From assembly GCA_040756235.1 (NCBI GenBank), contig JBFLZG010000126.1, positions 128,001-192,000 of the forward strand: a stretch of DNA of 64,000 bases, given 5' to 3'. This document shows positions 57,007 through 64,000 of the stretch, one piece after another; position 1 is the first letter of the stretch, and the number at the start of each line of letters is the position of its first letter. The position numbers and the translations under genes are program-made. The notes below the pieces were generated by a model that was not told the DNA's origin, searched no databases, and saw only the letters and a program-made list of their open reading frames with translations. The stretch comes from a bacterium (GTDB taxonomy: Bacteria > Desulfobacterota > DSWW01).

Positions 57007-58416
57007 ATGACGGACCTTCCCGTCGTCATCCTGGGAGCGGGTCTGGCCGGCCTGAGCGCAGCCTACCATCTCAGAAGGCCGTACCGGGTGTTCGAGCGCA
57101 ACGGGCGCGTGGGCGGGCTCTGTCGCTCCGAGACGACGAACGGGTTCACCTTCGACTACGCGATCCACATCCTCTACAGCAGCGATCCCGTTGCCACCGA
57201 CCTGATCCGGAACAAGCTGCTCAAAGACAATGTTCACGTTCAGGACCGGAGCTCCTGGGTCTACTCGAAGGGCGCGTTCACCTTCTACCCCTTCCAGGCC
57301 AACACCTTCGGGTTGCCCGTGGAGGTCGTCGAGGAGTGCGTCCTGGGTCTCATCCAGGCGACCTACGAGCGCGACCCGGGCAAGGCGCGGGATTTCAAGG
57401 AGTGGACCTACGCCACCTTCGGAGACGGGATCGCCAGGCATTTCATGATTCCGTTCAACGAGAAGTGCTGGGCCATCGACCTCTCCCGCATGAGCATCGG
57501 CTGGATCCGCGACCGGGTGCTGCAGCCGAAGATCGAGGAGGTCCTGCACGGCGCCCTCGTCGAGCAGCGCAAAGGGTTCGGGCCGAACGCGAAATTCTGG
57601 TATCCCCTGCGCGGAGGCATCGAGGCGTTGCCCAGAGGATTTCTGCCGTACCTGGATGTGGAACGGATCCACCTGAACAGGGAAGTGGTGAGCCTGTCGC
57701 TCGGAGAGCGCCGGCTGCGCCTCGCGGACGGAGAGACCGTCCCCTACGAACGCGTGGTCTCCACCTTTCCCTTGCCCAAGCTCTGCTCCCTGGTCTCCGA
57801 CCTGCCCGATCGGGCGCGCGAGGTCGTCCGGCGCCTCGAGCACAACACGATCTGGGGCGTCAACTTCGGGGTGAGGAGGCCTTCGATCACCGACAAGCAC
57901 TGGATCTACTATCCGGAGCCGGAATACCTTTTCCACCGCATCAGCTTTCCGATGAATTTCTCACCGAGCATGGCCCCGTCCGGCTCGAGCTCGATCACGG
58001 CGGAAGTGTCCGCGTCGAAGTACAAACCGGTCGATCTCCGGAGCCTCGAGCGCCGCGTCCTGGCAGACCTCAGGAAGACGCCTTTTCTGCAACCGGGAGA
58101 CGAGGTGGTGTCCTGCGGCACCCTGGAGCTGACGCCCGCTTACGTCACCTACCACCTGAGCCACCGCGAGGACGTGGACGAGCTGAAGGGGTTCCTGCGG
58201 ACAGAGGGGATTCATTCGTGCGGGCGCTTCGGCGACTGGGAGTACCTGAACATGGACCACTCCATCCTGTCGGGCAAGAGGGCTGCCGAGGAGATCGAGA
58301 CCCTCATGCTTGAGGCCGGGTCCGCAAACCCCTCAGGAAGAGCGAAAAGCCGGCCACCAGGAAGATCGCTCCCAGCGCGCAGTCCCCGACGGCGAGCCCG
58401 TAGCACCCCACGATGA
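57007..58416 (+). CDS. FAD-dependent oxidoreductase, eukaryote-type UDP-galactopyranose-mutase-like
   Basis: 'ILGAGLAGL', 'GGLCRS', 'FTFDY..H', 'YPFQ.N', 'FMIPFNEK.W', 'FWYPLRGG', 'WIYYPE', 'GRFGDWEYLNMDHS'. Confidence 0.82.
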   Translation: MTDLPVVILGAGLAGLSAAYHLRRPYRVFERNGRVGGLCRSETTNGFTFDYAIHILYSSDPVATDLIRNKLLKDNVHVQDRSSWVYSKGAFTFYPFQANTFGLPVEVVEECVLGLIQATYERDPGKARDFKEWTYATFGDGIARHFMIPFNEKCWAIDLSRMSIGWIRDRVLQPKIEEVLHGALVEQRKGFGPNAKFWYPLRGGIEALPRGFLPYLDVERIHLNREVVSLSLGERRLRLADGETVPYERVVSTFPLPKLCSLVSDLPDRAREVVRRLEHNTIWGVNFGVRRPSITDKHWIYYPEPEYLFHRISFPMNFSPSMAPSGSSSITAEVSASKYKPVDLRSLERRVLADLRKTPFLQPGDEVVSCGTLELTPAYVTYHLSHREDVDELKGFLRTEGIHSCGRFGDWEYLNMDHSILSGKRAAEEIETLMLEAGSANPSGRAKSRPPGRSLPARSPRRRARSTPR

Positions 58417-58444
58417 ACGAGGAAAGACCCAGGTAGACCTCCAT
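58304..58444 (-). CDS. Putative 46-aa two-TM small protein MEVYLGLSSFIVGCYGLAVGDCALGAIFLVAGFSLFLRGLRTRPQA
   Basis: Own translation; GGAGGGGAG RBS before ATG, 21 nt after the UbiA stop; hydrophobic hairpin with basic tail. Confidence 0.6.
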   Translation of the reverse strand: MEVYLGLSSFIVGCYGLAVGDCALGAIFLVAGFSLFLRGLRTRPQA

Positions 58445-58465
58445 TTTCTCCCCTCCGGCCGCTCC

Positions 58466-59431
58466 TCACAGCCACGAGCGCAAGAGCCAGTAGACCAAGA
58501 CCGGGCAGAGCCCGGCGAGCACCTTGAGGTTGATCCGGAGCCACATGTTCCGGAAGTAGGCGCTGTACTCCCCTCTTCTCCAAGTCTGAGCCAGGTCGTA
58601 GATGGCGAAGGAGCAGAGCGCCGAGAGAACCAGGAAGAAGACGGAACCGAGCCCGGAGAGCACGAGCCAGAAGGAGAGAGCCAGGGCGCTCGAGAGCAGC
58701 AGGCCCATGAGCAGATACGCCCTCCCGTAGCCGAGGGCCAGCACGGAGTTGGTCTCGACCTGCGCGTCGTCGCTGAAGTCCCGGGACTCCTGAGCCATCT
58801 GGATGGAAACGGAGACCAGGACCAGGACCGCGTAGATGGCCATGTTGCGGGGCGTGGGGCCGGGGATGGCGAGGGTGGTGAACAGAAAAGAGTAAGAAAA
58901 GACCAGAAAAGCGTGCGCGACGAGGTCCCAGCCGACTCGTCCCTTCAAGCGCAAGGGGGGCGCGCTGTAAGCGTAGCTGGCCGCGAGGAAGGCGCCGGAC
59001 AAGAGGAGCACGGGCCAGCCGAGGAACAGCGGCAGGAGCAGCCCGGGGACGGCGATGAAGCCCAGCACGACGCGGGCTCGAGGCAGAGGGAGCTCGCCCG
59101 ACGAGATGACGTTGCGGCGCTTCTTCACCTCGTTCAGCGAATCGACCTCGCGGTCGAAGTAGTCGTTGACGGCGAACAGGAACGCCTGGTGAAGGAAGAC
59201 GATCGGCAGGACCAGCAGCAGGGCCGAGTGGGGTTGCGGAACTGCGACGAAGACAAAGACGATGGCAGACTTGATCCAGTGGGGCGGCCGGGTGAATCGC
59301 AGAAAGAGCGCCGCCTTTCCCCGGGGCAGGCTCTCTCCGCGCAGCAGGCGGATCTCCCAGTCCCGCGTGAAGTAGGCCACCGCCGCGATCAGCGCAAGCT
59401 CGACGACCAGCAGGAACTCCACCATGGGCAT
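58466..59431 (-). CDS. UbiA-superfamily membrane prenyltransferase
   Basis: 'FTRPPHW', first Asp motif 'NDYFDREVD', 'YAYSAPPLRLK', second motif 'RDFSDD'; start 59431 or 59425. Confidence 0.85.
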   Translation of the reverse strand: MPMVEFLLVVELALIAAVAYFTRDWEIRLLRGESLPRGKAALFLRFTRPPHWIKSAIVFVFVAVPQPHSALLLVLPIVFLHQAFLFAVNDYFDREVDSLNEVKKRRNVISSGELPLPRARVVLGFIAVPGLLLPLFLGWPVLLLSGAFLAASYAYSAPPLRLKGRVGWDLVAHAFLVFSYSFLFTTLAIPGPTPRNMAIYAVLVLVSVSIQMAQESRDFSDDAQVETNSVLALGYGRAYLLMGLLLSSALALSFWLVLSGLGSVFFLVLSALCSFAIYDLAQTWRRGEYSAYFRNMWLRINLKVLAGLCPVLVYWLLRSWL

Positions 59432-59442
59432 TCCCCCGCTCG

Positions 59443-60501
59443 CTAGATCTCCACGAGCTCGGAAAGGTGACAACCGCCCAGCTCCAGCGCGGCCGTCGCC
59501 CAGGACAGACCGGCGCCATAGCCGCACAGCACGACCCTTTTGCTCCCCGAAGCGAGAGACTCTTTCATTTCCGTGACGAGGGTCAACGGAATGGAGACGG
59601 CGCCGGTGTTGCCGAACCGGTGCAGGGAATGCAGGGCCTTCTCTCTGGGGTGCTTGAGCTTCTTGGCAAAGAAGTCGGTGATCAACTTGTTGGCCTGATG
59701 ATAGACGACGTAGTCGACGTCCTCCCACGTGAGCGAGGCAAAGCGGAGCAGATTGCGGATGTCCGCCGGAACCTCTCTCATGGTGAAGTTGAAGACCTCG
59801 ATCCCGTCCATGAAGAGGTGGTGGTCGCTGCGGACGCTGCCGTCTTCGCGCCTTCTCTCGCAAAGCGTCTCCGCGGACGCCGGATGTCGGTAGGCCCCAG
59901 CCGGAATGCGGATCACCGACTCGCCGGAGCCGTCCGAGCTCAGGGAAAAGAACGAGACCCCCTTGTGATCCTGCCGTTCGATCAGGGTCGCGCTGCCCGC
60001 GTCGCCGAACAGCAGGCACGTGGCCCGGTCCTTGGGAGACACCGTCTTGGAGAACGTCTCGCCGGCGAGCAGCAGCACCCGGCGGACGTCCGGCAGCGAC
60101 GCGTACGCGAAAGCCGTGCTCAGCGCGTAGACGTACCCGGAACAGGCGAGGTTCATGTCGAAGGACCCCGCGCTCTTCGGCAGTCCGAGCCGGTGCTGCA
60201 GGATGGGCGCGGTGGCCGGCTGAGCGAAATCGGGGGTCTGGCTGAGGAAGATCAGGAGATCGATCGAATCGGTCGCCACGCCGGTCTCGGCGAGCAGCTT
60301 CTTGGCCGCTTCGCAGCAAAGGTCCGAGGAACAGACGTCCTTGTCGGCGCAGCGCCTCTCGGCGATCCCGGTCGTGCGGATGGTGTTCTGTATCTCCTCG
60401 AGCGTCAGGGGCCCTTCAAAATCGACGTTGCGCGTCACCTTCCTCGGCACGCAAGCGGCGATCCCGGCGATGCCGACGCCCTGGAACCGGACGAACCCCA
60501 T
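59443..60501 (-). CDS. 3-oxoacyl-ACP synthase III (FabH-like)
   Basis: Catalytic triad motifs 'NLACSGY', 'HQAN', 'FGNT'; 'LFGDAG', 'MDG.EVF.F', 'GAGLSW'. Confidence 0.92.
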   Translation of the reverse strand: MGFVRFQGVGIAGIAACVPRKVTRNVDFEGPLTLEEIQNTIRTTGIAERRCADKDVCSSDLCCEAAKKLLAETGVATDSIDLLIFLSQTPDFAQPATAPILQHRLGLPKSAGSFDMNLACSGYVYALSTAFAYASLPDVRRVLLLAGETFSKTVSPKDRATCLLFGDAGSATLIERQDHKGVSFFSLSSDGSGESVIRIPAGAYRHPASAETLCERRREDGSVRSDHHLFMDGIEVFNFTMREVPADIRNLLRFASLTWEDVDYVVYHQANKLITDFFAKKLKHPREKALHSLHRFGNTGAVSIPLTLVTEMKESLASGSKRVVLCGYGAGLSWATAALELGGCHLSELVEI

Positions 60502-61832
60502 TATCGCACCTTCTTGAACCGGTCCGAGACCGGTATGCGTTCGGCGATTTCCACGTGCGCCGGAATCTTGAAGCTCTCGAGCCGATCCTTGCAGTGGCTC
60601 CGCATGCGCTTCTTCAAAGAGGACAAGGGCTCATCCGCCGCCAGAGTCACCTTGGCCGCAACCACGCTCCCCATGATCGGGTTGGGCCGCCCGCACACCG
60701 AGACCTCTCTCACGTTGTCCATCTCGAGCAGCACCGACTCGACTTCCGCGGGGTAGACCTTCTGCCCTCCCACGTTGATGATATCGGTGTCCCTGCCCAG
60801 GATCCGGATCCATTCCCCATCAACCTCGACCTTATCGCGGGTGTTGAACCATCCCTGCTCATCAAACGGACAAGGAGCGTTCAGGTAGCCGAGCATCGCG
60901 GTCCTGGCGCGCACCTGCAGGACCCCGTCCACGATCCTCGTCTCGTAGTCTTCCCCGCCGACCTTGATCCACAAGGAATCGGAGGCCCTGGACTCGGACC
61001 TCAGGATGCCCAGCTCCGAAAGCCCGTAGGTCTGCTTCAGACGCACGTCCGGGAAGAGCTCATGCAGTCTCTTCAAGGTGTGCTGCGGCATGGCCTCGGT
61101 GCCGTAGGTGATCATCTTCAGAGAGGAAAGATCGCGCTTCTCGTAGGCGCGGGTCATCAGGATCATCTGGAGGAAGCTCGGGGAGGTGGGAAGCAGCTCG
61201 ATCCGGTGCGTCTCGATGAGCCTGCAGACGCTCTCGGGGTCGCGCTTCTCGGTCACCACCAGGGTGCCCGCGTTCGACAGATTGTAGAAGAGCGTGTTGA
61301 TTCCGCCGATGTGATCGAACAGCAGGAAGGCGATGGAGCGCAGGGTCTTCTTCCTGACCTGGAACTTCTGCAGCAGAGGGACGAAGTCGTGGACGGCCGC
61401 CTTGCTCTCGCCGGTCGACCCGGAAGAGAACAACACCAGCCCGGGACGGCCCTTCTCGACCAGCGCTCGCAGGAACGGATGCGCGGCGCGGGCTTGCCGC
61501 TTCCGGTGCGCGATCTCGTCCCCCTGGAATTCCACGACATGCTCGACCTCCGCGATCCGGCAAAAGAGGTCGAAGGTCCTGACGGCGTGGCTCACCGGAA
61601 CCACGATGTTCCGGTTGCGCACGAGGGCGATGAGCCATGCGATGGACCGTGGGTTGAAATCCGAGCGGAGCGAGACGACGGTCCCGGGCGCAACGCCTTG
61701 CCCGGCCAGGACCTGCGCGGCCGCCTCGATGTTTTCGAGCAGCCAGCCGTAAGCGTATGCCTCGTCCCGCCAGATCACGGCCGGATGGTCTTTGCTAGCG
61801 CGAAAGCGCTCGAGCAGGAAATCGACCGGCAT
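60501..61832 (-). CDS. AMP-dependent acyl-CoA/ACP ligase
   Basis: 'FSSGSTGESK', 'DHIGG', 'YGTE', 'QTYGLSE', 'GRDTDIINVGGQKVYPAEVE', 'FKIP'. Confidence 0.9.
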   Translation of the reverse strand: MPVDFLLERFRASKDHPAVIWRDEAYAYGWLLENIEAAAQVLAGQGVAPGTVVSLRSDFNPRSIAWLIALVRNRNIVVPVSHAVRTFDLFCRIAEVEHVVEFQGDEIAHRKRQARAAHPFLRALVEKGRPGLVLFSSGSTGESKAAVHDFVPLLQKFQVRKKTLRSIAFLLFDHIGGINTLFYNLSNAGTLVVTEKRDPESVCRLIETHRIELLPTSPSFLQMILMTRAYEKRDLSSLKMITYGTEAMPQHTLKRLHELFPDVRLKQTYGLSELGILRSESRASDSLWIKVGGEDYETRIVDGVLQVRARTAMLGYLNAPCPFDEQGWFNTRDKVEVDGEWIRILGRDTDIINVGGQKVYPAEVESVLLEMDNVREVSVCGRPNPIMGSVVAAKVTLAADEPLSSLKKRMRSHCKDRLESFKIPAHVEIAERIPVSDRFKKVR

Positions 61833-62531
61833 TCAACTCACCCCGCACAGGTAGAGGACCTGCCCCGTCACCTTCCCGCTCTTCTCCGAGAGGAAGAAAT
61901 CCAGGACATTGGAAACGTCTTCGAACGTGCCCAGCTCACGGATGGCCTGCCGCGCCAGAAGGTCGCCCATCTTCTGCTCGGAGACGTTGCGGATCAGGTC
62001 GGTCGGTATCGGCGATGGGCCGATCGCATTGCAGGTGATGCCGGATGGAGCGAGCTCGCGGGCGAGGACTCGGGTGAGGGTCTCGACGGCTGACTTCGCA
62101 GCGGCGTAGGCGGCCTCCCCCTCCAGGGCGAGGGGAACGGCAACGGAAGAAAAGTTCACGATGCGGCCGAAGCGCTGTTTGGTCATGATCTTGCCCGCTT
62201 CCCTGCAGAACAGGAAGGTGCCGAAAAGGTTGGTGGAGACGATTCGTTCGACCATGGACAGGGGCGTCAGGAGCGAATGGTTCAAGATGGAGACGCCGGC
62301 ATTGTTCAGGAGGTGGTCGATCCGGCCGTGCTTCCGGTAGACGCGGGTGACCATGGACCGCACGGCCTTCTCGTCAGCGACGTCCAGCAGGAAATGATCG
62401 TAATTCGCATGCACCAGATCGGACTCCGTGCGCGAACAACCGGACACGCAGTGCCCCTTCCCCAGGTAATACTCGGCCAGATAGCGCCCGATCCCCTTGC
62501 TGCTTCCGGTGACCACGGTGACCTTATGCAT
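61833..62531 (-). CDS. Short-chain dehydrogenase (FabG-like 3-oxoacyl-ACP reductase)
   Basis: 'TGSSKGIG', 'NNAG', 'VNFSS', 'YAAAK'. Confidence 0.88.
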   Translation of the reverse strand: MHKVTVVTGSSKGIGRYLAEYYLGKGHCVSGCSRTESDLVHANYDHFLLDVADEKAVRSMVTRVYRKHGRIDHLLNNAGVSILNHSLLTPLSMVERIVSTNLFGTFLFCREAGKIMTKQRFGRIVNFSSVAVPLALEGEAAYAAAKSAVETLTRVLARELAPSGITCNAIGPSPIPTDLIRNVSEQKMGDLLARQAIRELGTFEDVSNVLDFFLSEKSGKVTGQVLYLCGVS

Positions 62532-62817
62532 CGGCTGCTCCAACGGAGCTGGAGATGAATTCGGCCAGCGTCCGGACCGTGCGAAACGGGCTCCTGCTTC
62601 TCGACATGGCGCTCTCCGAAGTCAGGGAGACTTCCAGGCCGGCGTCCAGCAGAGTGGACTCGATGTCGATGATCAGGTTCACCAGCCCCATGGAATCGAT
62701 CACGGATTCCTTGCCCAACAGAATCGTCTCCTCCGACGGCGTCACGGGTATATCGTGGGCCTCCAGGTACTCCCTGAGGCATCGCAGGACGATCTCACTG
62801 GCTCGAGCTGGGTCCAT
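62524..62817 (-). CDS. Acyl carrier protein-like
   Basis: 97 aa, acidic; 'IDSMGLV' phosphopantetheine-Ser motif; 'SPFRTV'. Confidence 0.8.
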   Translation of the reverse strand: MDPARASEIVLRCLREYLEAHDIPVTPSEETILLGKESVIDSMGLVNLIIDIESTLLDAGLEVSLTSESAMSRSRSPFRTVRTLAEFISSSVGAADA

Positions 62818-63043
62818 TCCGGCCGTTCTCCACGACGTAGGCGTACATGTCGGCCACCGTTCGAAATTCCATCAGATCGGAGCGCGGTATGGTCAGCTCG
62901 TAGCGGTCGTTGATGGCTTCGAGCAGCGCCAGGACCGACAGAGAATCCCACTCCTCGTATTCCCAGAAGCTGTCCGCCATCCGCACCGTGCCCGGCTCCC
63001 TCTCCAGGGCTTGGGCGAACAACTCCAGAAAATCGGCTTCCAT
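62795..63043 (-). CDS. Acyl carrier protein
   Basis: 82 aa, acidic; 'EEWDSL' motif; 'RTVAD'; GGAGAGGG RBS. Confidence 0.85.
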   Translation of the reverse strand: MEADFLELFAQALEREPGTVRMADSFWEYEEWDSLSVLALLEAINDRYELTIPRSDLMEFRTVADMYAYVVENGRNGPSSSQ

Positions 63044-63099
63044 ACCCTCTCCTTCCTCACACGCGAATCCGGAGGACCAGCGGGATCGGAGCCTCCGGC

Positions 63100-63624
63100 T
63101 CAGCCCCGACCGGCCCGAACGGTCCGCATCATGGACCGTATCGGCAGAACGATGTTGAAGAGGATCCTGTACACGTCGACCAGAATCTCTCCTTTTCGAT
63201 TGAGCGGAAAGACACTCCTCACGTAGAGATCGCTCTCCACGGAGACCAGCCTGTAGCCTTCTTTCATGAAATAGGGCAGCCGGGCGGCATTGGACAAGCG
63301 CAGGGTGCCGAGGAAGTGGCTGTACCCGCGGCCCCTGGCGTACTCCACGATGTCCCGAGTGATGTCGTGCCCGAGCCCCAGCTTTTCATACTCGGCCTTG
63401 ACGATGTGGAAGGTGAAGCGCAACCCGAAACGCGATCGTTTGAGCCCCCCGATCGCCGCGAGCCGGTCCTTGACCCTCACACCCGTGGCGAACTCGATGT
63501 CCTCCGGCAGAGGTGGGTCGACCCGCGTCCGGGTGTTCTCGTCCAGGCTGCGGTAGAACGGGGCGATCTCGTCCAGGGAAAGGTTCTTCAACTGAATCCC
63601 GCGCCGGGTCTTGGATTTCATCAT
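63100..63624 (-). CDS. GNAT-family acyltransferase
   Basis: 'IVKAEYEKLGLG' (motif A), 'N.A....F.K.GY'. Confidence 0.7.
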   Translation of the reverse strand: MMKSKTRRGIQLKNLSLDEIAPFYRSLDENTRTRVDPPLPEDIEFATGVRVKDRLAAIGGLKRSRFGLRFTFHIVKAEYEKLGLGHDITRDIVEYARGRGYSHFLGTLRLSNAARLPYFMKEGYRLVSVESDLYVRSVFPLNRKGEILVDVYRILFNIVLPIRSMMRTVRAGRG

Positions 63625-63670
63625 CGTCCCGTATCCCGTGCGGATCGCGAGGAACGGAAGGGAAACCGGC

Positions 63671-64000
63671 TCAGCCGGCCGTGCAATGGATGTCGCGACA
63701 CGGCCGCGGGAAGTCCCCTCGCAGGATCCGTTTCCTCCACGCCCGCACGTTCGTGTGGTTCCACGCCTTGAAGAGCCCGTCCTTGGCCACGCTCGAAAGA
63801 CGTATGTGCTCCAGACGGCAGCAGGGGGTCAGGTGGCCGTCGATGTCGATGAACGCCATGAAAAAAGGCCACAGGCAGCGGCGCATGCCCAGCCGATCGA
63901 TCTGGAAGGCCAGGCCCATTTCCGCGCAGCGCCGCGAAAGATCTTTCCTGAGCCTGTCGTAGCTTCCGGCCCGATGGCCGTCCCGTTGCACCATTGCGAG
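63671..64000 (-). CDS. Radical SAM protein, C-terminal SPASM/Twitch region (5' part outside window)
   Basis: 'CLWPF...IDIDGHLTPCC', 'AWN', 'PCRDIHC'. Confidence 0.72.
   Translation of the reverse strand, partial: LAMVQRDGHRAGSYDRLRKDLSRRCAEMGLAFQIDRLGMRRCLWPFFMAFIDIDGHLTPCCRLEHIRLSSVAKDGLFKAWNHTNVRAWRKRILRGDFPRPCRDIHCTAG

Noticed and set aside
55530..58416. Calling the flavoproteins hemY/protoporphyrinogen oxidase
   Set aside because: No heme-pathway context; motifs and neighbourhood favour nucleotide-sugar mutase-like enzymes.
59443..63043. Core fatty-acid synthesis operon (fabH/fabG/acpP)
   Set aside because: No plsX/fabD/fabF; atypical ACPs and an AMP-ligase point to a tailoring cassette, so symbols were withheld.
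1..64000. CRISPR arrays, tRNA/rRNA genes, transposases/integrases, defence systems, ops/JUMPstart element
   Set aside because: No spaced repeat arrays, structural-RNA signatures or recombinase/nuclease motifs seen by eye; weak signals could have been missed.

Overview
GC-rich (roughly 65% by eye) bacterial DNA. A deltaproteobacterial-like diderm is suggested by Wza/Wzc, lipoproteins and a sigma-54 site (inference). The whole window is one surface-glycoconjugate region, open at both ends. (1) 1-22.5 kb (+): Wza, fused Wzc, three GT-C-fold membrane glycosyltransferases, two polyprenyl-phosphate-sugar-synthase-like GT2s, Wzx, GT4s, a B12 radical SAM, nucleotide-sugar enzymes including a CDP-paratose 2-epimerase-like protein, a MEMO1-AMMECR1 fusion and an archaeal-type isopentenyl phosphate kinase, converging on a mevalonate kinase. 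(2) 23.6-29.7 kb (+): AlkP phosphodiesterase with a fused small LGY domain, a DUF106/EMC3-like membrane protein, GalE and a WcaJ-like priming transferase. (3) 29.7-42.6 kb: mixed-orientation block with three clan GH-A-like secreted proteins, a Tat lipoprotein metallophosphoesterase, a hydrolase, tiny membrane proteins and a fourth GT-C. (4) 43-58.4 kb (+): an acyltransferase with three tandem LbH domains, then a second export set (Wza, split CpsD/Wzz, MurJ-like flippase, Wzy/WaaL), GTs, a methyltransferase, a second AlkP and two UDP-galactopyranose-mutase-like flavoproteins. (5) 58.3-64 kb (-): radical SAM/SPASM, GNAT, two ACPs, SDR, AMP-ligase, KAS III, UbiA and a small membrane protein. No rRNA, tRNA, CRISPR array or transposase was recognised. 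All calls come from motif recognition by eye; no database search was run. Many starts were moved downstream of the ORF-track starts.
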